Origin: an uncultured Acidobacteriota bacterium
Lineage (GTDB): Bacteria; Acidobacteriota; Vicinamibacteria; Vicinamibacterales; SCN-69-37
NCBI GenBank assembly: GCA_963798795.1
Contig: CAWCUZ010000002.1
Span: 11,169 to 75,168 of the forward strand
DNA length: 64,000 nucleotides
Direction of reading: 5' to 3'
The number at the start of each line of letters is the position of its first letter. The stretch's first letter is position 1. The notes under the pieces are model-generated. The model made no database searches, was not told where the DNA came from, and worked only from the letters and a program-made list of their open reading frames with translations. Both the position numbers and the translations under genes were made by a program. Below, one piece after another: positions 45,451 to 55,235 of this stretch.

Positions 45451-46587
45451 ATGACGGGAGAGGCGAAGCAGAGTTTCATCGGCCGGCACCAAGTCAACGT
45501 CAAGCTCACGGGCCCCGGATCGGCCAAGGACACCCGCCACCACGAAATCGCCATCGATCGGCCGGACGTCACGTACCTGCCAGGCGACGCGCTCGGCCTG
45601 TACCCGCGCAACCCGCCGGAACTGGTCGATCGCGTGCTGCACGCCGTGGGAGCCACGGGTGACGAACGGGTCCCGGCCGGCACGAACGACACCATGCCGG
45701 TCCACCAGGCGCTCACCGGGATCTACAATCTGACGACCCCGAGTCGGCGGCTGATCGAGCTGGTCGCCTCGCGGGGCGCGGCCCATCTCGTGCCGCTGCT
45801 CGATCGGGCCAATGCCGAAGGGCTGAAGCGCTTCCTGAACGGCTGGAACGAGGCGCACGACGTGCTCGACCTGCTCGAAGCCCACCCGCGGGTTCGGATC
45901 ACGGCGACGGAACTCGTGGCCGCGCTGCGCAAGAACCTGCCGCGGCTCTACTCGGTCGCCTCCAGCCTGGCCGCGCACCCGGGCCAGGTGCACCTGTTGA
46001 TCGTGTCGGTGCGCTACGCAATCCGGGGCCGGACGCGCCAGGGCGTGTGTTCCACCTGGATTGCCGACCGGTGGCCGATCGGCGAGACGGCGCCGATGTA
46101 CCTCCAGAACCAGCAACGGCACTTCGCGATGCCGGAGTCGGGCGACGTCCCGATGGTCATGGTGGGACCCGGCACCGGCCTGGCGCCGTTCCGGGCCTTC
46201 GTGCAGCACCGCCGCGAGGCCGGCGCAACCGGGCGCAACTGGCTGTTTTTCGGGGAACAGCATCGCGCGTCGGATTTCTTCTACGAGGAGGAGCTGACGC
46301 GCTACGCCGGCGACGGGCTGCTGCGCCTCGACACGGCGTTCTCGCGCGACCAGGCCGAAAAGGTGTACGTGCAGCACCGCATGCGCGAGCACGGGCGGGA
46401 CATCTGGGCGTGGCTCGAGGACGGCGCCGAGTTCTTCGTGTGCGGCGACAAGGAACGGATGGCTTCCGATGTCGAGCGCGAGCTGCACGCCATCGTCGAG
46501 CGCGAAGGCGGCCGCACGCCGGACCAGGCGCGCGAGTACGTGGAGACGATGCGCACGACGCGCCGGTACAAGCGCGACGTGTACTGA
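45451..46587 (+). CDS. CysJ-like flavoprotein, FAD/NADPH-binding module only (no flavodoxin domain)
   Basis: 378 aa with RLYSVASS (FAD binding), VCSTWI, MVGPGTGLAPFRAF (NADPH binding), FFGEQHRASDFFYEEEL, VYVQHRM, and the C-terminal YKRDVY. Confidence 0.85.
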   Translation: MTGEAKQSFIGRHQVNVKLTGPGSAKDTRHHEIAIDRPDVTYLPGDALGLYPRNPPELVDRVLHAVGATGDERVPAGTNDTMPVHQALTGIYNLTTPSRRLIELVASRGAAHLVPLLDRANAEGLKRFLNGWNEAHDVLDLLEAHPRVRITATELVAALRKNLPRLYSVASSLAAHPGQVHLLIVSVRYAIRGRTRQGVCSTWIADRWPIGETAPMYLQNQQRHFAMPESGDVPMVMVGPGTGLAPFRAFVQHRREAGATGRNWLFFGEQHRASDFFYEEELTRYAGDGLLRLDTAFSRDQAEKVYVQHRMREHGRDIWAWLEDGAEFFVCGDKERMASDVERELHAIVEREGGRTPDQAREYVETMRTTRRYKRDVY

Positions 46588-46658
46588 CTGCGGGCGCTCG
46601 GGGTCCTGCTCTCGGCACCGGCCTCGCGGCCCTCCAGAAGGCCGAACGCTCCGTCCGG

Positions 46659-48179
46659 TCAGTCCTTCAGCGCCTCGAGAAGCGCCGCGAGCCTTGGTTG
46701 ATCCCAGCCCGCGTCCACGGTCGTGCGCGGCACGCGCGCCATTCCACCGCCCGTCAGCCAGGCCGCTCCCCGATCGCGAGCGACCGCGTCCGCCAACGAC
46801 CTCGAATTCCCATCGATGGACGCGTCGGTCCGTGCCTCGCGTTCCAGGACGGCGCGGCGCCCAGCCCCGGATCGGGTCGGAAAACGCCACCCGACCAGGG
46901 CGACCAGACCGCCGACCAGCAGCAGCGCCCCCGGCACGATCACCGGCCCGGCGCCGAACGGCTGCGGCACGACGGCGAGGGCGATCAGGCCCACCAGGCC
47001 GGCGGCAGCCGTGATGAGGCCGGCCTGCAGAAAGCCGCGGCGGGCGGTCAACCGATCGGCGTCCAGCAGACCCCGCTCGACCAGCGCACGGCGCGCCGCG
47101 GCGACGAATGCGCGACGCAGCGCTGACAGTCCGCGCAACGCACCCACGAGCTCGACCTGGCCACTCCTGGCGCGCAGCCACCAGTCGTCGACCAGGACGC
47201 GTTCGTCCGGTGTGAGCGGCACATCGGGCCGCAACCCCACCGTCAGGGCACCCGGCACCGAGGACCGCGCGTCGAGGACGCCGCGCTCGACCATGTCGGC
47301 GACGGCGGCGCGCATCGCCCGGTGTGACGAACCGCCGGCCAGCACGACCATCAGGCCGGGCGGGAGATTCATCGCGTCGGCGGCCGGCGGCTCGTCGGCA
47401 TCGACGGGAACCGGAGGAAACCGGACGCGCGCCATGATCACGGCGCCGAGACCGATCGCCAGCATGAACAGCCCGGCGGCGACCCAGGCGGGCATCAGCT
47501 CGCGGGCTCGTGCGGCGTTGAACTGCCACTCCGGCTCGGCAAGGGACATCGAGTTGAGGGCGAGCGTGGCGACGATCGTAGACGGCTGGTCCGGCTGGAG
47601 CGCGCGATTGGCGGCCGTGAATCCGTCCGGCCGATCGGTGCGTTCCCAGCCCGGCCCGAGGATGGCCGGTGCCACCAGGAACACGGCAGCCGGCGGCACG
47701 GCAAAGCTCACCCGTGCGTTCTCCACGGTCCCCTCGCGCCCGGCCGGCAACGCCGGCCACGAGAACTCGGCGTGGTTGCCCGCGACGGCGAGTACGCCCA
47801 TCACCCGATAGGCGACGCCAAAGGTGTGCGCCGCGACCGAAGCGGGATGCCAGGCGACGTGCAGCGACGATCCGCTCTGCACGTGAATCGTGTCCGGCCC
47901 CGACCCGTCCGGCAGGCTGCGGCCGTCGAGTGTCGCCTCGACGTCGATGATGCGATCGTGGCGCCCGGCCGGAACACGGCGCTCAACCGTTCCGGCCGAC
48001 GGGCCGCCCGGCCGCACGAACACCTCGCGCACCTGGAGCGAGCCGTCCGGGAGCAGTCTCAGATCGACGTCGTAGCGAGGGGTCGTGGGTTGGGGCGCGG
48101 CCGGGACTGCGGGCGCGGCCGCGACGAGGATCGTGACGGCGCCCGCCAGCGCGGCCGCTCGACAGGCCATCCGCGCCAT
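46659..48179 (-). CDS. DUF2207-like membrane protein
   Basis: It has a signal peptide and an N-terminal beta-rich domain (YDVDLRLLPDGSLQVREVFV...). TM helices lie in the middle and at the C-terminal end. The product is 506 aa. Confidence 0.65.
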   Translation of the reverse strand: MARMACRAAALAGAVTILVAAAPAVPAAPQPTTPRYDVDLRLLPDGSLQVREVFVRPGGPSAGTVERRVPAGRHDRIIDVEATLDGRSLPDGSGPDTIHVQSGSSLHVAWHPASVAAHTFGVAYRVMGVLAVAGNHAEFSWPALPAGREGTVENARVSFAVPPAAVFLVAPAILGPGWERTDRPDGFTAANRALQPDQPSTIVATLALNSMSLAEPEWQFNAARARELMPAWVAAGLFMLAIGLGAVIMARVRFPPVPVDADEPPAADAMNLPPGLMVVLAGGSSHRAMRAAVADMVERGVLDARSSVPGALTVGLRPDVPLTPDERVLVDDWWLRARSGQVELVGALRGLSALRRAFVAAARRALVERGLLDADRLTARRGFLQAGLITAAAGLVGLIALAVVPQPFGAGPVIVPGALLLVGGLVALVGWRFPTRSGAGRRAVLEREARTDASIDGNSRSLADAVARDRGAAWLTGGGMARVPRTTVDAGWDQPRLAALLEALKD

Positions 48180-48238
48180 CGGGAAATCGTCTCAGGTTAC
48201 AGCGATTCCCGTCCGTTGGCGAGCAGGCAGGCCCCCTC

Positions 48239-49309
48239 TCAGCGGTCCCGCTGCTTCTCGAGGGCCTTTTGCGCGCGCGTCACGACCCTGGCCTGGCGGC
48301 GCTGCTCGATCTGGGCGCGCTCATCCTGCCGGCGCGCCAGGTCGTCGCGTTCGCCCCGCAGTTTGAGATAGCTTTCGTAGCGGCCGGCGTCGAGCCGGCC
48401 CCCGGCCACGGCCGCCTTGACGGCACAGCCCGGCTCCTGGTCGTGCCGGCAGTCGCGAAAGCGGCACGCTGCGGCGAGCGCGGTGATTTCCGGAAACGTC
48501 TCGTCCGAGGTCCCGTCGGCATCCCACAGCGACAGCTCGCGGACGCCCGGCGTGTCGATGAGCAGGCCGCCGCCGGGGAGCGGCACGAGTTGCCGGTGCA
48601 CGCTCGTGTGGCGGCCGCGGCGGTCCCAGTCGCGTACATCGCCCGTCTCGAGCAGCGCCTCGCCCGCCAGCCGGTTGATGATCGACGACTTCCCTGCGCC
48701 GGACGGCCCAAGCAGCGCGGCGGTCTCGGCCGCGTGGATGGTCTCGCGCAACGCCTCCATCCCGCGACCGTCGCGCGCGCTGACGGCCAGCACGGGCACG
48801 CCCGTTGCCAGCGCCTCCACCTGTTCGACGAGCGCCGAGGCCTCCACGAGGTCAGCCTTGTTGAGGACAATCGCCGGACGCGCGCCGCTCTGTCGCACGA
48901 GCAGCAGATAGCGTTCGAGGCTGCGCGGCTTGACGCCAGCGTCGAGTCCGATCACGAGCAGGACGACGTCGATGTTGGCGGCCACCACCTGCTCGCGCGT
49001 CTCACGCCCGGCCTGCTTGCGGGAGAACTGCGTCCGCCGGGGCAGGATGGCGCGGAGCCGCGCCCGGTCGCCGGACACCGGGCGCTCGACGCCCACCCAG
49101 TCGCCGACCGCGGGCAACTCGTGCCGCCCGCTCGCGCGAAACTTCAGGCGCCCCGACGCCTCCGCCAGCCACTCCCCCTCGGCCGTCAGCACTCGGTAGA
49201 CGTGGTTGTGCTCGAGGGCCACCCGGCCCGGCACCAGGCCGCGGTCCGGCAGGGCAGCGAACGCCTTGGCGAACGACTCGTTCCAGCCCAGGGCGGCCAG
49301 GTCAGCCAT
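48239..49309 (-). CDS. rsgA: Ribosome small-subunit-dependent GTPase A
   Basis: The circularly permuted GTPase motif order is present: NKADL (G4), then GPSGAGKSSIINRL (G1), then DTPG (G3). The C-terminal zinc finger reads CRFRDCRHDQEPGCAV. Confidence 0.92.
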   Translation of the reverse strand: MADLAALGWNESFAKAFAALPDRGLVPGRVALEHNHVYRVLTAEGEWLAEASGRLKFRASGRHELPAVGDWVGVERPVSGDRARLRAILPRRTQFSRKQAGRETREQVVAANIDVVLLVIGLDAGVKPRSLERYLLLVRQSGARPAIVLNKADLVEASALVEQVEALATGVPVLAVSARDGRGMEALRETIHAAETAALLGPSGAGKSSIINRLAGEALLETGDVRDWDRRGRHTSVHRQLVPLPGGGLLIDTPGVRELSLWDADGTSDETFPEITALAAACRFRDCRHDQEPGCAVKAAVAGGRLDAGRYESYLKLRGERDDLARRQDERAQIEQRRQARVVTRAQKALEKQRDR

Positions 49310-49549
49310 GTGTTCGGACTAAACCACCTTCCACGCATCTTCGTCCAATCATGATGGTGTTCGGCGTCGGGCACGTCGGTGGGAGAGGGCGGGCGCGGCG
49401 GATGTCTCCGGAACCGGGACGGGGACTTCCCGAAAGCGGGTCAGCCACCGGATGCCTGGACCCGCAGCGAATGAGTCAAATACAAGCCCGAGAGCAGGTT
49501 ACGCGATTCCGGGCCACTTGGCATCAGGATTTGCATGGATAATTGAATC

Positions 49550-50812
49550 GTGGCTATGGACATCAAGCGCGACCCGGCCGTGCTCAAGCGGAAAAGGATC
49601 CGCCGGGCGGTGTTCGCGGGACTCGGCATCGTCGTTCTCATTGTCATCACCGTGGCGGTTTCCCGCCTGAAGCCGGCGGCGCCCAGCGTGCCGGCGAGCG
49701 TGCCATGGTATGGCACGGTCAAACGGGGTGACTTCGTCCGCAACGTCCGCGGCGCCGGCACCCTCGTGCCCGAGGAAATCCGCTGGATTCCGGCCACGAC
49801 GTCCGGGCGCGTGGATCGCATCATCCTCAGGCCGGGGGCGCACGTCACGCCCGGGACGGTCATTCTGGAGCTCAGCAATCCGGACCTCCAGCAGCAGGTG
49901 GCCAACGCCGAGCTGTCATGGAAGGCGCAACTGGCGCAGTTGGCCACAGGCAAGGCGAACCTGCAGAAAGATCGGCTCTCCCAGCAAACCAACGTGTCGG
50001 ATGCGCAGTCCGATGTGAACGTGGCCACAAGTCAGCTCGAAGCGCGACAGCAGCTCGCCAAGGAGGGGCTGGTCAGCGACCTCGAGATCCGCCAGCTCCA
50101 AGCGACGCTCGACAAGGCCAAGAACCGGCTCGAGCTGGCCCGGCAGCAGCTCAAGATCGCCGAGCAGAACGAGGAGGCCACGCTGGCGCCGCAGGAGGCG
50201 CAGGTCAACCAGGCCAAGGCCCAGTTCGATCAGCTGACGCGTCAGGTCGGCGACCTCAAGGTCAAATCGAACATGACCGGCGTGCTGCAGGTGGTGCAGG
50301 TGGAGGTGGGCCAGCAGGTCGGACCGGGGGCCCCCCTGGTTCGCGTGGCGGACCCGACCGACCTCAAGGCCGAGGTGCGAATCACCGAAACGCAGACCAA
50401 GGACCTGGCCATCGGCCTGCCGGCCGAGATCGACACACGGAACGGGATCGTCAAGGGACACGTCTCACGGATCGACCCGGCGTCGAACCAGGGCACCGTC
50501 GGCGTGGATGTCATCCTCGACGGCCCCCTGCCCCCCGGAGCCAGAATGGATCTGAGCGTCGATGGCGTGATCGAGCTCGAGAGCCTGCACGATGTGCTGT
50601 ATGTGGACCGGCCGGCGTTCGGGCAGGACAACAGCGCGGTGTCGCTCTTCAAGGTGTCGCCCGACGGCAGCGAGGCCTACCGGGTGCAGGTCAAGTTCGG
50701 CCGCGCCGCCGTGAGCGTAGTGGAAGTGCTCGAGGGCCTGCAGGAAGGCGACAAGGTCATTCTGTCGGACATGTCGCCGTACGACGCGTATGATCGGGTC
50801 CGGTTGAATTGA
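49550..50812 (+). CDS. Efflux transporter periplasmic adaptor (HlyD/MacA-type membrane fusion protein)
   Basis: It has an N-terminal TM (AVFAGLGIVVLIVITVAV), a lipoyl-like domain, a long coiled-coil hairpin and a beta-barrel domain. The start is GTG 49550 or ATG 49556. Confidence 0.85.
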   Translation: MAMDIKRDPAVLKRKRIRRAVFAGLGIVVLIVITVAVSRLKPAAPSVPASVPWYGTVKRGDFVRNVRGAGTLVPEEIRWIPATTSGRVDRIILRPGAHVTPGTVILELSNPDLQQQVANAELSWKAQLAQLATGKANLQKDRLSQQTNVSDAQSDVNVATSQLEARQQLAKEGLVSDLEIRQLQATLDKAKNRLELARQQLKIAEQNEEATLAPQEAQVNQAKAQFDQLTRQVGDLKVKSNMTGVLQVVQVEVGQQVGPGAPLVRVADPTDLKAEVRITETQTKDLAIGLPAEIDTRNGIVKGHVSRIDPASNQGTVGVDVILDGPLPPGARMDLSVDGVIELESLHDVLYVDRPAFGQDNSAVSLFKVSPDGSEAYRVQVKFGRAAVSVVEVLEGLQEGDKVILSDMSPYDAYDRVRLN

Positions 50813-50879
50813 GTGCCGCGCCGGCCTGGAGCCGGCGCGATTCGGCGGTCGCCGCCGCCGCAGGACAAAGGAGACGCAG

Positions 50880-51629
50880 GTGGAAACGACAACCCCGGGG
50901 CAGCCGCTCATCCAGCTCGATGGCGTGACGAAGATCTTCTACACCGACGAAGTCGAGACGCATGCGCTTGCGGGAATCCACCTGGAGATCCAGCGGGGCG
51001 AGTACATTTCGATTGCCGGCCCGTCGGGCTGCGGCAAGTCGACGCTCTTGTCGATCCTGGGACTGCTCGACACGCCGACCGAAGGCAGCTACGTGCTGAA
51101 CAACCGGTCGGTCGCCGACCTGCCCCTCTCCGAGCGCGCCCGCGTGCGCAACCGCGAGATCGGGTTCATCTTCCAGAGCTTCAACCTGATCGGCGACCTC
51201 ACCGTCTACGAGAACGTGGAGCTGCCGCTCACCTACCGCGGCATGAAGTCGGCCGAGCGCAAGGAACGCGTCATGGCCGCGCTCGAGAAGGTGGGCATGT
51301 CGCACCGCGCCAAGCACCTCCCGAGCCAGCTGTCGGGCGGTCAGCAGCAGCGCGTCGCCGTGGCGCGGGCCGTCGGCGGATCGCCGTCCATCCTGCTGGC
51401 CGACGAGCCCACCGGCAACCTCGATTCGAAGAACGGCGAGGCCGTGATGACCCTGCTGCAGGAGCTGCATGGAGAAGGCGCGACCATCTGCATGGTCACG
51501 CACGATCCGCGCTACGCGAAGCACGCCGAGCGCTCGATCCACCTGTTCGACGGCCGGGTCGTCGAAGAGGATGCGGCGCGCAGCGGCCAGAAGGATCTCG
51601 AGGAGAGCGGATTCCACCTCGGGAACTGA
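50880..51629 (+). CDS. ABC transporter ATP-binding protein (MacB/LolD-type NBD), stand-alone
   Basis: Walker A is GPSGCGKST, the Q-loop is present, the signature is LSGGQQQRVAVARA, Walker B is ILLADEPTGNLD, and the H-loop is VTHD. GTG 50880 has GGAG 7 nt upstream. No FtsX permease domain is fused or adjacent. Confidence 0.9.
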   Translation: METTTPGQPLIQLDGVTKIFYTDEVETHALAGIHLEIQRGEYISIAGPSGCGKSTLLSILGLLDTPTEGSYVLNNRSVADLPLSERARVRNREIGFIFQSFNLIGDLTVYENVELPLTYRGMKSAERKERVMAALEKVGMSHRAKHLPSQLSGGQQQRVAVARAVGGSPSILLADEPTGNLDSKNGEAVMTLLQELHGEGATICMVTHDPRYAKHAERSIHLFDGRVVEEDAARSGQKDLEESGFHLGN

Positions 51630-51856
51630 CGAGGGCGGCGCGCCGCCTGTCGCGCCGGCTCCTGACAACCGACCGGTCGCCAGCCGGAGTTTCTTGAGAG
51701 CCGAAGGACGCGAAGCCCTTCGGAACGCTATCCGTCCATTCCGATGCCGCCCGGAGCGGGCGCGTTCACACAGGACTGACGTCATGACCACGATCGACTC
51801 CGGTACTCGACTCCGCCCCCGCCCGAGGGCCGGCGACCGCCGCCGGTCGCCTCACC

Positions 51857-52450
51857 GTGCTGGTCGTCGACGACCAGCGCGAGGTCATCGACGCCGCGCG
51901 TCTGCTGCTGCAGGCGCACGGAATTTCCACCGTCGGCGCCAGATCGCCGGCCGAGGCGCTGCATGCGGTGTCGCGACACCCGGTGGACTGCGCCCTGATC
52001 GATCTGAATTTCGAACACGGCAGGACCGACGGCCGGCAGGGGCTCGACCTCGTAGCCGACCTGGCCCGCCAGCAGCCCTCGTTGCCGCTCATCGCCATGA
52101 CGGCGTGGGGCTCCGACGATCTGGCGAGCCAGGCCGCGCGTCGCGGCGTGCGGGACTTCGTCGAAAAACCGTGGGAGAACGCAACGCTGCTGCAGACCGT
52201 GCGCGCGCACGCGGCGCTCGGCGCAGCGCTCAGAAAAGTCACGGCGCTCGAGGAACAGCTGCAGCGGGCCCGGACGAACGGCGCCAGTGCGGCCTTCACC
52301 GAGATGCGGCTGCTCGAAGTCGAGGGCCTGCTGGTGCGCCAGGCCATGGAGCGGTTTCGCGGCAACATCAGCCGCGCGGCGCGCGCGCTGGGACTGAGCC
52401 GGTCGGCGCTCTACCGGCGGCTCGAGCGGCACAAGATTGCGCTGAACTGA
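51857..52450 (+). CDS. Response regulator, REC + Fis-type HTH (RegA/ActR-like, no AAA+ domain)
   Basis: The REC domain includes LVVDDQ, DCALIDLNF and PLIAMTAWG. The C-terminal HTH_8 reads GNISRAARALGLSRSALYRRLERHKI. GTG 51857 is the first start after an in-frame stop. An ATG at 51784 lies in another frame, so the N-terminus is uncertain. Confidence 0.78.
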   Translation: MLVVDDQREVIDAARLLLQAHGISTVGARSPAEALHAVSRHPVDCALIDLNFEHGRTDGRQGLDLVADLARQQPSLPLIAMTAWGSDDLASQAARRGVRDFVEKPWENATLLQTVRAHAALGAALRKVTALEEQLQRARTNGASAAFTEMRLLEVEGLLVRQAMERFRGNISRAARALGLSRSALYRRLERHKIALN

Positions 52451-52498
52451 CAAAAAGCGGGGGCAGGCCCCAGGCCTGACCCCCGGTTCGGCGACGGG

Positions 52499-53374
52499 TC
52501 AGACCTGGGGTCCGACCCCGTTCGTGTCCGCCGCTTCGCCGACGATCTTCACGCTCGCGCTCGCGCCCACGCGCGTTGCGCCCGCGGCCACCATCGCCTT
52601 GAGGCTGTCGAGATCGCGGACGCCGCCGGCGGCTTTCACGCCCATCTCCCTGCCGACGACGCGCCGCATCAGCGCCACGTCGGCCACGGTGGCGCCGCCC
52701 GGCCCGAACCCGGTCGAGGTCTTCACGAAATCCGCGCCCGCGGCCTTGGCCAGCGTGCAGGCCGTCACTTTCTCTTCGTCGCTCAGGTACGCCGCCTCGA
52801 TGATCACTTTCGTGATGACGCGCGCGGCACGGCACGGATCGGTGACGGCGGCAATGTCGCGCGCCACCGCCTCGGCGTCTCCCGACTTGAGGGCCCCGAT
52901 GTCGACGACCATGTCCACCTCGCGCGCGCCGTCGAAGATCACGCGCCTGGTTTCATAGGCCTTCACGTCCGACGTCGTCGCCCCGAGCGGAAATCCCACG
53001 ACGCTGCACACGCCGACCCGGGTGTCGGCCAGGCGGGCGGCACATCGGGCGACCCAGACCGGATTGACGCAGACCGTCGCGAAGCCGAACCGCACCGCTT
53101 CGTCGCAGAGCCGGTCGATCTGGTCGCGCGTGGCATCCGGCTTGAGCAGCGTGTGGTCGATCAGCGCGGCCACGCCGCCGGGCGCGCCGCCGGCGGCATG
53201 AACGCCCAGGCGCGCGGCGCCGGCATCGAGCACGCCCTGCAGGCGCGCCGGACAGCAGTCGAGTGACACGGCATGACACGCGCACGGGCCGGCCGGGCCG
53301 GGCCGGGCGGACGCGAGCACTTCCTCGGCGATGATCGCGACCAGCCGCGCCAGATCGACGGAGATGGCGTCCAT
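52499..53374 (-). CDS. deoC: Deoxyribose-phosphate aldolase with an N-terminal extension of ~65-70 aa
   Basis: The DERA core is [28 protein letters not shown] and KVIIE..., with the Schiff-base Lys in FVKTSTGF. The extension reads [45 protein letters not shown]... ATG 53372-53374 shares one nt with the upstream stop. Confidence 0.85.
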   Translation of the reverse strand: MDAISVDLARLVAIIAEEVLASARPGPAGPCACHAVSLDCCPARLQGVLDAGAARLGVHAAGGAPGGVAALIDHTLLKPDATRDQIDRLCDEAVRFGFATVCVNPVWVARCAARLADTRVGVCSVVGFPLGATTSDVKAYETRRVIFDGAREVDMVVDIGALKSGDAEAVARDIAAVTDPCRAARVITKVIIEAAYLSDEEKVTACTLAKAAGADFVKTSTGFGPGGATVADVALMRRVVGREMGVKAAGGVRDLDSLKAMVAAGATRVGASASVKIVGEAADTNGVGPQV

Positions 53375-54015
53375 CAGAAGCGTTCCTCGAGCCCGCGGAT
53401 CTTGAGCAGGCGTCGAATGTACCGCGGTTCGCGCATCGCGGTCGCCAGCCACACGTCGACCACGCCGACGGCGTCCTCCGGCGTGAGCAGCGTGGCGCCG
53501 AGCGCCAGCACGTTCGCGCCGTTGTGTTCGCGCGCGTAGCGCGCGAGCGTGGGACTGTGGCACATCGCGGCGCGGATGCCGCGAATCTTGTTGGCCGCGA
53601 TGGCCGATCCCAGGCCGGCGCCGTCGATGACGATGCCGGCGTCGGCTTCACCCCGCGCCACGGCGCGGGCCACGGCGGCCGCCACGTCCGGATAGTCCAC
53701 CGGACCGGTGCCGTCGGCGCCGAATTCGGTGACGGCGCGGCCGGACGATCGCAGATGCCGGACCAGCGCGCGCGCCAGTTCGAGACCGGTATGGTCGGCT
53801 CCCAGCGCAAGGCGGCGCACGTCACCGACCGGCGCCAGGTCGTCGGGCAGGCCCGGGTCGATGCTGCCCGCCGCGACCACCGTGATCCGCCGCGCGGCGA
53901 GTGTGTCGCGCGCGAGCGGCGTGACGATCCCGCCCGGCGCCAGCTCCACGGTCGATCCCGGCTCGATCCGCCGCGCGTCGGCCTCCGAAATCAGCGAAAA
54001 CGGCTTCAGCGCCAT
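53374..54015 (-). CDS. rpiB: RpiB/LacA/LacB-family sugar-phosphate isomerase with an N-terminal extension of ~65 aa
   Basis: The core reads [20 protein letters not shown]..., [40 protein letters not shown]. The extension reads [40 protein letters not shown]. Confidence 0.78.
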   Translation of the reverse strand: MALKPFSLISEADARRIEPGSTVELAPGGIVTPLARDTLAARRITVVAAGSIDPGLPDDLAPVGDVRRLALGADHTGLELARALVRHLRSSGRAVTEFGADGTGPVDYPDVAAAVARAVARGEADAGIVIDGAGLGSAIAANKIRGIRAAMCHSPTLARYAREHNGANVLALGATLLTPEDAVGVVDVWLATAMREPRYIRRLLKIRGLEERF

Positions 54016-54022
54016 CGTGACC

Positions 54023-54544
54023 TCACGGCGCGGTGACCACGCCGATGTAGGGCAGTTCGCGATGCCGCTCGTCGAGGTCGAGCCCGTAGCCGACCACGAA
54101 CCGATCCTCGATTTCGAATCCCGTGTACTCCACCGGCACGTCCGTCCGGCGTCGAGACGGTTTCGTCAGGAGGCAGACCGTCCGGAGCACGCGGGGATCG
54201 CGCGCGCGCAGGATCTCGAGCAGGTACGACAGCGTCATGCCGGAATCGGCGATGTCCTCGACGACCACGACGTAGCGCCCCTGCAGGGTCGAATCGAGGT
54301 CCTTGAGGAGCCGGACTTCGCCGGAAGACCGGGTGCCGGCGCCGTAGCTCGAGACGGCGATGAAATCGCACGTGACCGGTCCCTCCATGGCGCGCATCAG
54401 ATCGGCCAGGAACATGAACGCGCCCTTCAGCACCGCCACCAGGTGAATCGGGGTGTCCGGTCCGGCGTCATCGCGGATCTCCCGTGCCAGCGCCCGCACC
54501 CGCGCCTGCAGCCTGTCCGGTGCAATGAGGATCTCGATGGGCAC
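54023..54544 (-). CDS. hpt: Hypoxanthine phosphoribosyltransferase
   Basis: 173 aa with LVAVLKGAFMFLADL and the PRPP-binding motif VVVVEDIADSGMTL, followed by VGYGLDLDERHRELPYIGV. Confidence 0.92.
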   Translation of the reverse strand: MPIEILIAPDRLQARVRALAREIRDDAGPDTPIHLVAVLKGAFMFLADLMRAMEGPVTCDFIAVSSYGAGTRSSGEVRLLKDLDSTLQGRYVVVVEDIADSGMTLSYLLEILRARDPRVLRTVCLLTKPSRRRTDVPVEYTGFEIEDRFVVGYGLDLDERHRELPYIGVVTAP

Positions 54545-54611
54545 GGCCCGCTCCGTCGGCCGATTCTATCGCTTCGCCGGCGCTCCCCCGAACCTGTCGT
54601 ATAGTCTGACC

Positions 54612-55235
54612 GTGGCCGTGCACCTCATCGAGCATCCGGTCGCGCAAGCCTCGGTGCTCACGCTGCGCGATCGGACGACCCGCGCCGGCCACTTCCGCCG
54701 GCTCGCCCGCCGGGTGAGCCTGGTGTTGGCGGTGGAGGCCACGCGCGACCTGTCCACGCGCCCGGCCCGGGTCGACACGCCGCTCGAACCAGCTGACGGC
54801 GTGGCACTCGCCGCCGACGTCGTGGTCGTCCCCGTGCTGCGCGCCGGTCTCGGCATGGTGGAGGCGGTACTCGAAATTCTGCCGCACGCCCGCGTCGGGC
54901 ACATCGGCCTGCAGCGCGACGAACAATCGGCGATGGCGTCACAGTATTACGCCAAGTTGCCAGCCGGCCTGGACGCGAGTTGCGCGCTGGTGGTCGATCC
55001 GATGCTCGCCACGGGCGGCAGCGCCGTCGCCGCGATCGGCACGCTGGTTCGGGCCGGCGCCCGCGACGTGCGGCTGCTCTGCATTGTCGCGGCGCCCGAG
55101 GGCATAGCAGCCGTGGAGACAGCGTACCCGCAGGTGCGGATCTTCACGCCGGCGGTCGATCGCGGGCTCAACGACTCGAAGTTCATTCTTCCGGGACTCG
55201 GCGACTTCGGAGATCGACTGTATGGCACGGCCTAA
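54612..55235 (+). CDS. upp: Uracil phosphoribosyltransferase
   Basis: Motifs are HPVAQASVLTLRD, VPVLRAGLGM, the PRPP motif LVVDPMLATGGSA, and the C-terminal PGLGDFGDRLYGT. The start is GTG 54612 (or 54618). The longer ORF from 54453 overlaps hpt on the opposite strand. Confidence 0.9.
   Translation: MAVHLIEHPVAQASVLTLRDRTTRAGHFRRLARRVSLVLAVEATRDLSTRPARVDTPLEPADGVALAADVVVVPVLRAGLGMVEAVLEILPHARVGHIGLQRDEQSAMASQYYAKLPAGLDASCALVVDPMLATGGSAVAAIGTLVRAGARDVRLLCIVAAPEGIAAVETAYPQVRIFTPAVDRGLNDSKFILPGLGDFGDRLYGTA

Noticed and set aside
49519-49535. A sigma-54-like -24/-12 element (TGGCATcaggatTTGCA) just upstream of the MFP gene.
   Set aside because: The GG-to-GC spacing is one nt longer than the essentially invariant canonical spacing. 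It would leave almost no leader. The nearby regulator lacks the AAA+ activator domain needed for sigma-54 promoters.
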